Below are positions 11,284 to 21,800 of a DNA stretch of 29,912 bases, piece after piece. This DNA comes from Pachysolen tannophilus NRRL Y-2460 (lineage: Eukaryota): assembly GCA_001661245.1 (NCBI GenBank), contig KV454011.1, forward strand, positions 1,620,834 to 1,650,745. Reading direction: 5' to 3'. Every line of letters starts with the position of its first letter. The first letter of the stretch is position 1. The notes under the pieces were generated by a model, which saw nothing but the letters and a program-made list of their open reading frames with translations, was not told the origin of the DNA and did no database searches. Position numbers and translations under genes: made by a program.

Positions 11284-12483
11284 TTAATTAGGACTAAACT
11301 TAAAACGGTCTTCTCATGAGCAAATATGTAAAGTATGAAATAAATGGATACAAGAGATCCAGGCGTTTATAATTAGCAATTAAAGAATAGTACTAGTTCC
11401 AAATTCTATAGCAAAGTGGCGATATTTTTTTTTTTTTTTTTTTTTTTTATTTAATAAACATTCAAAAAATTTTGTTGTATATCTACGTTATTTCCTCATC
11501 ACCCTTGTGGTACTTATTTCAGCTATACAAATTTCTTTTTATTTTTTTTAATTAGAGGTAATAGTCTGTAACTAGTATTGGATTGGAGAAATCATGCGCA
11601 TACGTAATTGAAAAAAATAAAAAAATTAAAAAAAATTTAAAATTTAAATAATATTTTTTATTTTTATTTTTTATTTTTTCTTTCTTTCTTCTGTTCTCTC
11701 TTCCTGATCCTGGACTTTTTACGCAAATCAAAAAAGCAAAAAAAGAAAAAAAAAAGGCCGGAGTGAGTTCTGTAGGTGAAAATCCCTGACCCTTTTTCTT
11801 CAAGAAAGGAACCTTTCTTGCAGGCGGCGGTAGATTTAAATCTAGGCAGTTCGGGCAACTTAAAGATAAATAGATAGAGATAACTTCGATAATAATAATA
11901 AATATTAATAATAATAATAATAGTAATAATGGATTGACGTATCTCAGTTATCCTTTAGCTCTTCCATCCAGACTTTTTGATCTTCCATATATATATATAT
12001 ATATATGTAAGTAATACAATTATTAAAACTTTGAATTTTAAAATTAATCAGAGGAGACTTTTTGTTTATTTTTTTCTTTTCTTTTGCTATACAATCAATT
12101 AATGTTTCAATGCATTGATCTCGAAAAAAAATTACAAGAATCTTACGGGACTGCAACATTATACCTATAAAAAGTTAATGTAGACTACTTGATTGGAAAA
12201 TGTCAATATTATTACTTCATCAATTTTCTCAACCTTTTTTTTTTCTTTTGTTTTTTTTTATTTAAGGTTTTTCACCGTATGTACCAATCTGCAAGCTTAC
12301 AATAAGGTAGCGGCATGAAAGGGCAGAGCTTAAGTTTATTTTTATACCAGACAGACATTTGGAAACGGATGATGAATAAAATTAAAGTAGAAAAGAAAAA
12401 ATTGGCTACTTGCTGATAAATAGATGAATTTAAGCTGATGGTTTGGTCAGGCTCAGGTTTAGACTTGCAGGAACGAAAGAGAA

Positions 12484-12491
12484 TATATAAA
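12484..12491 (+). promoter_or_regulatory. Candidate TATA box (TATATAAA) of the WOPR-family gene
   Basis: Matches TATAWAWR about 140 bp upstream of ATG 12631, which has an A-rich context (ataaaatATG). Confidence 0.45.
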
Positions 12492-12630
12492 ATAACCTAT
12501 TTAACCGCTTGATTATAAAGTATCTCTATCTCTATCTTTATCTATATGGTTAAAAAATCTATTTGTATTTAAGAAAATAATATTTTTTTTTTGTTTCTTC
12601 TTTCTCCACTTGAATAATAATTCATAAAAT

Positions 12631-12930
12631 ATGGAATCATATCACGGATTAATTTTAACACCTAGAGATGCTATTGTCTTATTAGAAGCAGCAAGAGTTG
12701 GACTAATTCCAAAGATAACGAGAAGATTAAGTGAATTTGAACGTCAAAAAGTTATTAGAAATGGCTCAGTTTTCATCTGGGATGAATCTGAGAGTGGAAT
12801 GAAAAGATGGACTGATGGTAAATCATGGAGTGCAAGTAGAGTTAGTGGTAGTTTTTTAATTTATAAAGAAATGGAAAATACTAAAAATTTTTCATTTTTT
12901 GAAAATAATCCAAAAAAACCTACATATTAA
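12631..12930 (+). CDS. Gti1/Pac2 (WOPR) family transcription factor, Pac2/Pth2 subtype: N-terminal WOPRa half only (99 aa)
   Basis: MESYHG...DAIVLLEAARVGLIPKITRRLSEFER..IRNGSVFIWDESESGMKRWTDGKSWSASRVSGSFLIYKEME is the WOPRa signature (RWTDGxxWSxSR). The ORF stops about 16 codons after the domain, in what is normally the linker. Confidence 0.9.
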   Translation: MESYHGLILTPRDAIVLLEAARVGLIPKITRRLSEFERQKVIRNGSVFIWDESESGMKRWTDGKSWSASRVSGSFLIYKEMENTKNFSFFENNPKKPTY

Positions 12931-12973
12931 TGATATATGAGCAGCAGCAACTAACGAAAGCTTTTAGAATAAA

Positions 12974-13004
<31 letters not shown>

Positions 13005-14063
13005 GTAATAATACAAAAAAAAAAAATAATAATAATAATAATAATTAATTTTTCTTTTACTAGTTGAAAGTTCTATCTAAGGCAGTCAAAAATTGACCAT
13101 CCTCCCTATAAGAAGAACTTTCAATACTATGACGATGCAGATGCATTAAACCAGCCATTGGAATATTAGGATCCGTACCATCTACGGTTAAACTATTATT
13201 ATATTTGATTTGTTCCAATGGGGGTAATCTTAAATGATACTGATTTTCATTAATTGAATTATTTTGAATCTTATTATCAACTTGTAAATATGCCTGATAT
13301 TTAGGGGGTGTTGTATAATCTCCTCCTGAAATATACAGAATTTGTTGTTGTTTATCATTAGGTATATTTGAAGGTATTGTTACCAATGGAGGAAGCCTTG
13401 GAGATACATTTTCAGTATTAATACTTGTAAAAGAATCATAACTGTTTGTAGTATTAGCACTGGAAAAAGCAGCAGATGTGTTTTGATTGTTGGTGTTGAC
13501 TGTTGGTGAATAACTATTAGGCAGACGACTGCCCCCTTGTATTTCTGTAGCATCATCTGAAGGAGACCTGGAGACAATAGTAGTAGCATTTATAGAATTT
13601 ATAGCATTTGTGGGTTGGAGTCTCAGCTGCAGTTGCAGTTGCACTTGAGCTTGCAGTTGTACTTGAGCTTGCAGTTGCAGCTGGAGTTGTTGTTGTCGCA
13701 TAATTGTGTCCAGAGAAAGATCAGTAAATATATCTTGGTAAGCTAGAATATGCTCTGGATACAATTCTTTATTATATAAAATATTTGCAAATAATGGATT
13801 CAGGCTTGGCCTAATCAATTTTTCAATATGAGCCAGACCCAGTCTTGAACTTGAAGAATGTCCATGAGAAGAATTCAAATGTGAATCTCTTAAATAAGAA
13901 TCATTAACATAACTAATCAAATGTAATTTCAGTTTATTTTTCAAATTTAAAGAAAAACTTTGTTTAATTAATCCATTACTTTTATATCTATAAGTGTCAT
14001 GATTAGAGCCGTTAATACAATCCAATTTTTTTTTCGGCAAACCTTTTGAATTTTTTGATGTAG
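12920..14063. repeat. 6-bp inverted microhomology CTACAT (12920-12925) / ATGTAG (14058-14063) bounding the apparently inverted segment
   Basis: Left, + strand: AAA CCT ACA TAT TAA. Right, - strand: AAC TCT ACA TCA AAA. The shared CTACAT is in the same codon phase in both half-ORFs. Confidence 0.55.
12974..13045. repeat. (AAT)n microsatellite and poly-A between the two convergent WOPR half-ORFs
   Basis: Two runs of aat repeats separated by an A-tract; this would be the 3' UTR of the minus-strand half. Confidence 0.85.
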
Positions 14064-14088
14064 AGTTTATTACATAGATAGATAGATC
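13060..14088 (-). CDS. Gti1/Pac2 (WOPR) family transcription factor: linker, WOPRb and C-terminal half on the opposite strand, lacking an ATG start
   Basis: Frame is open from 14088 (after TAG 14091-14089) to the stop at 13060. Contains WOPRb YRYKSNGLIKQSFSL...KLHLISY (13992-13909), RPSxxP, a Q-rich tract, LPPL motifs and a Pac2-type C-terminal ED...L..LDR.F motif. First in-frame ATG (13701) is downstream of WOPRb; the ORF-track start at 14040 is TTG. Confidence 0.85.
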   Translation of the reverse strand, partial: DLSIYVINSTSKNSKGLPKKKLDCINGSNHDTYRYKSNGLIKQSFSLNLKNKLKLHLISYVNDSYLRDSHLNSSHGHSSSSRLGLAHIEKLIRPSLNPLFANILYNKELYPEHILAYQDIFTDLSLDTIMRQQQLQLQLQAQVQLQAQVQLQLQLRLQPTNAINSINATTIVSRSPSDDATEIQGGSRLPNSYSPTVNTNNQNTSAAFSSANTTNSYDSFTSINTENVSPRLPPLVTIPSNIPNDKQQQILYISGGDYTTPPKYQAYLQVDNKIQNNSINENQYHLRLPPLEQIKYNNSLTVDGTDPNIPMAGLMHLHRHSIESSSYREDGQFLTALDRTFN

Positions 14089-15535
14089 CTAATACCTACG
14101 GGAGGGATCTAAATTTAAAAATAATTTCCAAAGGATGATTTAATATGAAGCTGATGTTTCAAATTTTAATAAAACAAATAATAAAAAAGAAAGAAAAAAA
14201 AACAGTATTTGAAAAGAAAAAGGGGCAAAAAAATCATTAATTAATTACCAAAACTACAAACAATGATCGCCACCCAGTTGATTACAGAGCAATAAAAAAA
14301 AAGACTAGTTTTTCATTATCAGCGTAAACATTAAAGAAATCATTTGATACTTTAAAAATGAAATTGTTTGCTTAGAAATTAAGGTTTTTTTTTTCTTTTC
14401 TTCTCCAAAACAGATAACAAGATTTACAAATACATCAGTTGGAACTAAGTAAAACAACTAGTGTGTGTGTGCAATTAAACAAAATTACAACGTTCAGTAA
14501 AGAAGTAACTAACATTCTACTAATATTTATCTTCGTTGCCTTTCTTTTTTTTTTTTTATGGTCCATGTAGTCCGATGCTTGTCTTTTTTCCTGGCCTAAC
14601 TAGAGCATAATTTTGAATTGCCCTGAAATCTAGAATTTAGTTAACAAAAAGATTAAATAGACAATTAAATAGATAAAACAGATACAATTAAACACATTTA
14701 CAATAGAACCTTTCTGACGACATAATAAAATGGTCATTTGGTTTAAGCAAGTTGGGTAAAACATAAATATATAAATATATTAATATATATATATTAATTA
14801 TAAAAAGAAAAAAAAAAATCCATCATCCTTCACATTTGAAACCGCATATGCAATGAACTTAATTGCATATATATTACATTAATTTAGCTCTTTTTGGACT
14901 TTTTTTTTTATTTTTATTTTTTTTTTATTTGTTAAACTCCAACCAAGAACTAGGTAGATATGAACTCCGAACTTTAAAATAAAAAAAAAAAAAAAAAAAA
15001 TTACGTGAATTGGTTGGTGGACGGGAAAAGAGAAATAAGTTATTGCTATGCAGACAGTTGCTATTTGATGTTTAGCGCTGCATTAGAAAGTCAATTAGAG
15101 ATCGATCAATTGACTAATTAAACAAACTATAAAGAGAGAAAAACTCATATAACTCGTAAAACTTGATCGGAAAAATAACAATTACAAAATACTTTTCTCC
15201 TACCCAATCATTGTGATAATACCAGAAAAGGATGATCATCTACTTTTAATCATTTCAAAAGGCGGTAGCATTTTGGTTGAAGCAATTTGGATTTTGCTCT
15301 TTGTTATCTGGGATATATGACTTTCTTTATTCTTCCTTTGTTCTTCCTCCGTGTTAATTTTGCAATCACAAATGGTAGTGCAAGAAAGTACAATATAAAA
15401 TTGTATTGAAGAAATTAAAAGGAAAGAAGAAAAAAAAAATTATAGTATGGAGCTAGTAATAATAATACTTATAAAATATTGAACAACAAAAAAAAGGGAA
15501 GAAAAAGTATCTTGGTGTTGGTTCTCTTATAGATC

Positions 15536-16771
15536 ATGTCGAATGTAAAGCACTTCCCACTTATATCTCGGTCGAAAAATACTGCTTTGAAGCAGCCAAA
15601 GGAAATTTCAAGCTTTTCAAGAAATATTGAAGGTGAATATCTTCAAGATGATTCGAGTTTAAGTTACTATTATTTACCAGATTCGGATGTTGGACAAGAT
15701 CAGATTGATTTATCTGCAGGATTTAAAGATTTTATTCAGTTTGATCCTGAAAGAGATGGTGAGTTTACTGGATTGTTAAAATGTATTGAAAATTATGAAA
15801 GAAGTATGGATTCTAAGTTAAAAGTTGATATTATCTCATGGAGAGGTATAATGACAAAATTATTAATTTTACCCTATGAAAATAGAAATGAAATAGATCT
15901 TAATATTATTAGATTTGATGGTCAAATTTTTATACAATCAGATAAAAAACTTGATTTAAAAAGACAAGAAGAAGAAAAGCTGTCCCAAACCGATCAATTG
16001 AAAAAACTTACATTTAGTGGTTATAAATTTGAAGTTGCAAGTACTTTAAGTCAACCATGGCTGCAGTCTACAAGAAAAGAGATTGAAACTAGAAGGAAAA
16101 GAAAAGTGAATAATATTGAACAATATTGTTCTGTTGTAAAGACAGGAATAGGGAAAGTTAAATATTGTATTGGAGGAGAAGTTGATTGTGTATGGGATTA
16201 TAAACCTTCTAAAGAAGAAGAATTGGAAACGAATGATGATCCATTGACTCATTACGTTGAATTGAAAACCTCGAGAATCTTGGATCAACCAGGGCAAGTT
16301 TTTAATTTCGAAAAAAAATTGTTTAAGACTTGGGCACAATGTTTTTTAATTGGTATAAGGAAAGTAATATACGGATTTAGAGATGATAATTTAATATTGA
16401 GGAGCGTTGAAGAATATAAGACTGATGAAATTCCATTATTGTTTAAACAAAATCCATTAAATCAACAGCAACAGCAACAGCAGCATCAGAAGAATCCAGC
16501 TAAAAAGGCAAAACATTTAAACAAATGTATGGATTCCCTAAAGTTTTTTGGATCCTTATTGGAATTTATTGTTGATAATATACCAGATGATGAAACTAAA
16601 CTGTGGAGATTAAGTTATCATCCAAATTCGAATAAAGATTACTTGCATTTAACTCAGTTGGATGTATTAGAAGCTAACGAATTGTTAAATGGTGAAAATA
16701 GTATTTTGACTTCTGATTTTAAAAATTGGAGAAAAGAATTAAAAGAAAAAATAAATTCCACTTCAAATTGA
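15536..16771 (+). CDS. RAI1: Rai1/DXO-family decapping nuclease, partner of Rat1
   Basis: 411 aa. LKQPKEISSFSR, DIISWRGIMTKLL, GYKFE, QYCSVVKTGIG, GEVDC, YVELKTS, KLFKTWAQCFLIGI..VIYGFRD. Catalytic E/EVD/ELK/Q motifs are intact. Confidence 0.95.
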   Translation: MSNVKHFPLISRSKNTALKQPKEISSFSRNIEGEYLQDDSSLSYYYLPDSDVGQDQIDLSAGFKDFIQFDPERDGEFTGLLKCIENYERSMDSKLKVDIISWRGIMTKLLILPYENRNEIDLNIIRFDGQIFIQSDKKLDLKRQEEEKLSQTDQLKKLTFSGYKFEVASTLSQPWLQSTRKEIETRRKRKVNNIEQYCSVVKTGIGKVKYCIGGEVDCVWDYKPSKEEELETNDDPLTHYVELKTSRILDQPGQVFNFEKKLFKTWAQCFLIGIRKVIYGFRDDNLILRSVEEYKTDEIPLLFKQNPLNQQQQQQQHQKNPAKKAKHLNKCMDSLKFFGSLLEFIVDNIPDDETKLWRLSYHPNSNKDYLHLTQLDVLEANELLNGENSILTSDFKNWRKELKEKINSTSN

Positions 16772-16924
16772 AGACGCATATATATTTAAAGTTTTTCAAC
16801 CTATATTATAATGTATTTTATTAGAACTTTTATATATGAAAATAAATAAAAATAGACCAAATTCTCTAGACTATATACCAAATTTTACTTTTTAAAGAAA
16901 GTTTTTTTTTCTTTTTTTTTTTGT

Positions 16925-17627
16925 TCAAAAATTGAATCTCCTTTGAGTACTCTCTCCGTGTTCATTCCCGATAGCAGAACTATTACCATATGGTGTGCGA
17001 TATTCACTGGTTAGCAACAATTTTTTCTTTTGAAAAGGCGTTTCCCTGGGTTGTGTAGGCAGGGAAATGGGTTGATCGCCATTATCAACGTCAGACTTCT
17101 GCTGTTGTTGTTGTTGTTGTTGCTGATGCTGATGCTGTATCTGTTCAAGATAGCTCCCCTTATAAGTACCAAAAGCGACATTGTTAACATATAACGATCC
17201 TACAGTAATCAACAAAACGAAAAAAATAGCCTTCCATGAAATTGGTTTAACAAATCCATTAATTATTTCAGCAAACGTTTCTGCACCAATTCTAGCTTTC
17301 CCCAACTGAGCGGGATCTCTTTGCATACATTTTTCCCACGTCAAGCATGATTTCTCCAACGCTGGCACTCTTGTTGGGGGAGCACAATTGTTTTGATTAT
17401 ATTCTCTGGAGCAGGAATTTATCTGCTGTAGAACTGCAGCTGAGTAGATTTCTATCTTATTATCAATATCTGTTCTTATAGTGGAAACAAATAAGTAAAT
17501 TAAGTAAAGTATGAATGATACCACTATTATGTTGATTATTAGTTGAAAATAAAGAGCGATGCAGTATGGAATTGAAGGATCACTTATTAATCTATGGAAC
17601 GTGAATTTGTTACTGCTATTACTATTA

Positions 17628-17662
<35 letters not shown>

Positions 17663-18604
17663 GTTATCATTATTACCATAATTATTATTTTCTTTTTCGT
17701 TATATTCATTTAGGTCAACATTTTGCTTTTTAGCGTCATTCTCTTGGGAAAGAACCAATCCATTCAGATCATTCTCATCCAGCGAGCCTTCAATAATATC
17801 TGAGTATTTAGTAGAGTTTTCATTAAAGACACTATTCTTCATCAAAGGACTAGATTGATAAGGTAAACTTCCTCTTCTGTAAATTAATTTTGGTGGTAAA
17901 TAACTTCTATCAAATGGCAAAGAAGAATTAAAGAACGATAAGCCATTGTTGTTATTGCTGTTTATATTAGAATTTGTCTTATCAATGAGCATATATGCTT
18001 CTTTAACAGGATTAGTTTTGCCAGGACCAACTGATTGTGATAAGTTATGCATGATACCTTGAGTCAAAGGATTGGTAGTTGAGCTGTTGATATGAATGTT
18101 GATGTTATTGGTACTATTGTCGATCATCGATTTGTAAGGTGAGCCAGTAGCATTATTGTGACTCAAATTTGAACTTGGCCGCACAATTTTTTTATCTTTA
18201 TCTTTAGATCTTTGTGTAGATTCAGCAAGAATTATTCCTCTTGATGATGCCTTCTTTTCACCACTTTTGCCTTTACCATTCAAAACAATACTATCATTTT
18301 CCGTAGCATTAAGCCAGCTTCCAGGAATCGTCACATTTGAAGTATCATCATCATCATCATCATCATCAGCATCGCTATGAGCTATTATTCCATCTTTACC
18401 AAAATTGATGGGTGTGATAGTTTTTCCCGTTTCAGCTTTCTTCAAAATTCTTGAATATTGAGTCCTCAATAATGGAGTTTTAGGATCTTTTTCAATATCT
18501 TGGAGCGTGATGGGCGACAACGAATTTCCTGAAAAACTCGAATCGATAATTGATGGTGTACCAAAATCACCATTCTGTGGATGAATAGGAGTACTTGTTG
18601 TCAT
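16925..18604 (-). CDS. Brl1/Brr6-family nuclear envelope membrane protein (nuclear pore biogenesis)
   Basis: 559 aa. Long low-complexity N-terminus, then PYxIxxYFQLxxN transmembrane helix, luminal loop with four Cys (SCSREYNQNNC...RVPALEKSC..WEKCM..DP), AETFAEIINGFVKPISWK and a second transmembrane helix. Length resembles Brl1; position next to RAI1 resembles BRR6. Confidence 0.92.
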
Positions 18605-18836
18605 TTCAAAAAAATAAATTTATTATTATTATTATTATTATTCTAACTAATCTAGCTTAGATCTTAGATACACAAAAAGCTTTCCCTCTTATATATCAGA
18701 TCAATATAAGAAGATAAATACCCTCGTACAGTTTCAACTTAGTATTTAATAATTATTATATATTCTTTTATTTACATTTCTCTATTTTGTAAACAAGTCG
18801 TAAAAACTAAAAGTAGTGCAAAACAATGCACAGAAG

Positions 18837-21800
18837 CTAACTCATATTCAGCTTCTCGTCCTTACCAACGTTATACTTTGGTGAGTTCTTCTTTGTGTTT
18901 CTACCAAAGACCAAAGATCTATCTTTATTTTTGTTTGTGTGTGACGATGGCATGCTGCTGGAGTTGTTGATTGTCGAAGATGAAGAAGGAGGTGTCATTG
19001 AAGGAATACTATTTGATGCAGGAGATGCAGCTGAGTCATGGTTTACGATTGGTGAACTATTGACGCTAAACCTATTGGGTTTCTTCTTTGTCTTATTAGA
19101 GCTTCTCAATAAACCATCCAAGCGGAATGAACTTTCCTGTTGTGGGTAAACTTGCTGGTGAGGGGCTAGTTGTGATTGTTGTGGTTTGCTTGTGTCATAC
19201 TGCTGTGGTTGTTGTAATTGATACTGTGATTGAGATTGATCTGCTTGTGAAAATTGAGAATCAATATCTTTTGAATTAGATGATATTATCTGAGGAGCTA
19301 ATCTTGGGGATTGATCACTCAAGGGAGTTAAATCAGTAACAGATTTTAAATTTTGATTATAAGAATGATGTTCTAAACCTAACCTTCTTGTAGAATTTCT
19401 GTTACTTTTAAACGAGATATATGAACTTCTTTGAGGTAACGTATTACCATTATTATCTCTGTTAAAATAATGCTCTGAAAGTGCCGTTGGACTACTTCCA
19501 AAAGAATCAGCCAATGAAGTCTTGAAAGAAGTAGATGAAGGGGTACGAGCCAAACTTCTATTCAATATAGCAGAAACTTTTTTATCATAAACTTGAGGAG
19601 CTGATTCAAACGGAACAATTGCATCACTATTGCTATAAGATGTATCCGTTGATCTTCTATATTGATGTAATGAAGAATTTCCATACCCAGAAGCAACAGA
19701 GTCATTAATCTCTCTTGTAAAGAAGGAATCCAAGTTATCCAAAGCCGCATATATATTACTCAAAGCAGAACTATCATTTTCCAGTACATGTGATTCAATA
19801 ACAGAAATTGTGTCACCAAATTCGGGTAATATTTGCAGTTGCAGTTGCAGCTGGTATTGATGGTAATGTTGCTGTTGTATGTGATGTTGATGACTTTGTA
19901 TTTGTTTTTCATAAGTATATTCTTCTGCATGAAATTCAACATTATCTTGCTGCTCGGTTTCAGCGTTACTTGCAACTACACATGTAGAGAAGACAGCATG
20001 GATGTTGTTTCTAGTAGTAGCCGCAGTTACTGCAGGCATTGGAATAGCCCAACCACTTTCTTCTGGTATACCAAATAAAGTTGCCGTTTTTTCATATCCT
20101 TTTCTAATTGTTTTATTACCAAGACTCATTCTTAAAACATCTTTATCTAATTGCGAACCTGATATACTAACAGTTTTATCAAGAACCGTCAAAGCTTTTT
20201 CTGCGTAATCAGTGAGAAGCAAACGTAACAATGGTGAAATTAAATCGGCACCTACTCCAATAAACTCTTCTTTTTGTAAGTCAATCAAAGGAAATATTTT
20301 TTCTAACAACTCCATCGTTTCTATTTTTACCCAATCAATTTTATTTGATAAAATTCCTAGTAAAAAAACCACCGTTTGTGCTTGATAATTATTAAAGAAA
20401 TACTTCTTGATGGTATTAACAATTTGACTTAAAAAATCCTGCTTGGTTCTAAATTTTTTCTTTATAAATGAAGATAAAATACGGGACAAATCCGACCTAT
20501 CATTCTCTGGGTGATTAGACAGAATTGCATTCAGATTAAATCTTTCCACCATTCCACAAATAGCGGTTGCTGCATCGATAATGTCAACGGGGAATTCATT
20601 GATAGCTAAAGCGTGTAAAAACCTAGGGAGATTTGATAAAGTAGCTAATAATAACCTAGAGTCTCCCGATCCTATGATATCACTATCATGTAATTTGTTT
20701 AAACGATCTAGTAATGCCAAACATGGCTCCCAAGCATTTGAAGATCTTAAACCAATCATAACAATTTGCTGTAAACCATCAAATTTACCCTCCCATTTAG
20801 GAGGAAAAGTCGAGATCAAACATGAAACAGTATCAGGAGAATCTAAATCAATTTTCGAAACAAATTTAGATAAAGCAGATAAGACTTCGATAAATTCTTG
20901 TTCATGAACAGTACTTAAGCAAGAAACACTCGACCAAAACAACTGAGGAAAATCAATTAATTTTTCCGAACTCAATTCAGCCGTTATGGCATTCAAAGTC
21001 ATTAAAATTTGCATCGCAAAGCCTTGGATATCTGGGGTCTCATCCGAAATAGTATTTGATAGACGGTGTAACATATCTCTTAACATACCTTGATCTAAAA
21101 ACGATAACAATGACCTGAAAATCTGAAAAGAACGACAAGCAATATGCCTTACAGCACAAGTTGTTGCCCATGTTAAAGAGACTCTACTCCAATCTTCTTG
21201 CAAGTTTGGAACGGAATTTCTGAATATTTCCAACATATTACGGGTTAGTACATCCATGTTTCTCGGAGTTCTGGTTCCATTCCTATCACTATTCAAATCA
21301 TCATAAACCCATAAACTTTTGGAATAATCGCGCTTTCTCAACAACGAAATTGTATCAGCCGCCTTTGGCTCATCTAGAGCCAACCCATGAATCAAGTGAA
21401 TTAACATCTCACATGCTTGATCCTGAACAATAAATAAATAATGATCCAACAAAGAAAAGGAAACATGTAATAACAAGGCCAACTTTGTCCTCATAACCTC
21501 TGATGACGCAATGAAAAGATCAACTAAAAAGATCATTGATATTTGACCTAAAGAGAATACTGATTCTTTTCCTGTATCACTCAAATATTTCCATAAATCT
21601 GCAATATATGGCAACTCATCCGATGTTGGTTGAAATTCTGATGTATCTGGTTGTGGCGGAACCATTGCCTTCGGTTCTAAATTGGAGATAAGATCATCAA
21701 TTAATGAACTGCCTGCTGGGGCTAATGATAGATAGACAATAACTTGACGTGAATATTCCACAAAAGATGATAACCTTCTTTTGAGACAATCCGAATTAAT

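Noticed and set aside
9977..12159. Short ORFs (9977-10198, 11552-11858, 11944-12159) in the long region upstream of the WOPR gene, checked for a recombinase or transposon fragment
   Set aside because: All are homopolymer-derived low-complexity peptides. No tyrosine/serine recombinase, transposase or LTR features were seen.
12870..12960. Cis- or trans-splicing joining WOPRa to WOPRb
   Set aside because: No canonical 5' splice site follows WOPRa (only an isolated AACTAAC at ~12949), and the halves are on opposite strands.
14089..15535. Upstream exon plus intron supplying an ATG to the minus-strand WOPRb half (TAG at 14091-14089 as 3' splice site)
   Set aside because: I found no TACTAAC branch point and no GTATGT/GTAAGT donor on the minus strand in this interval.
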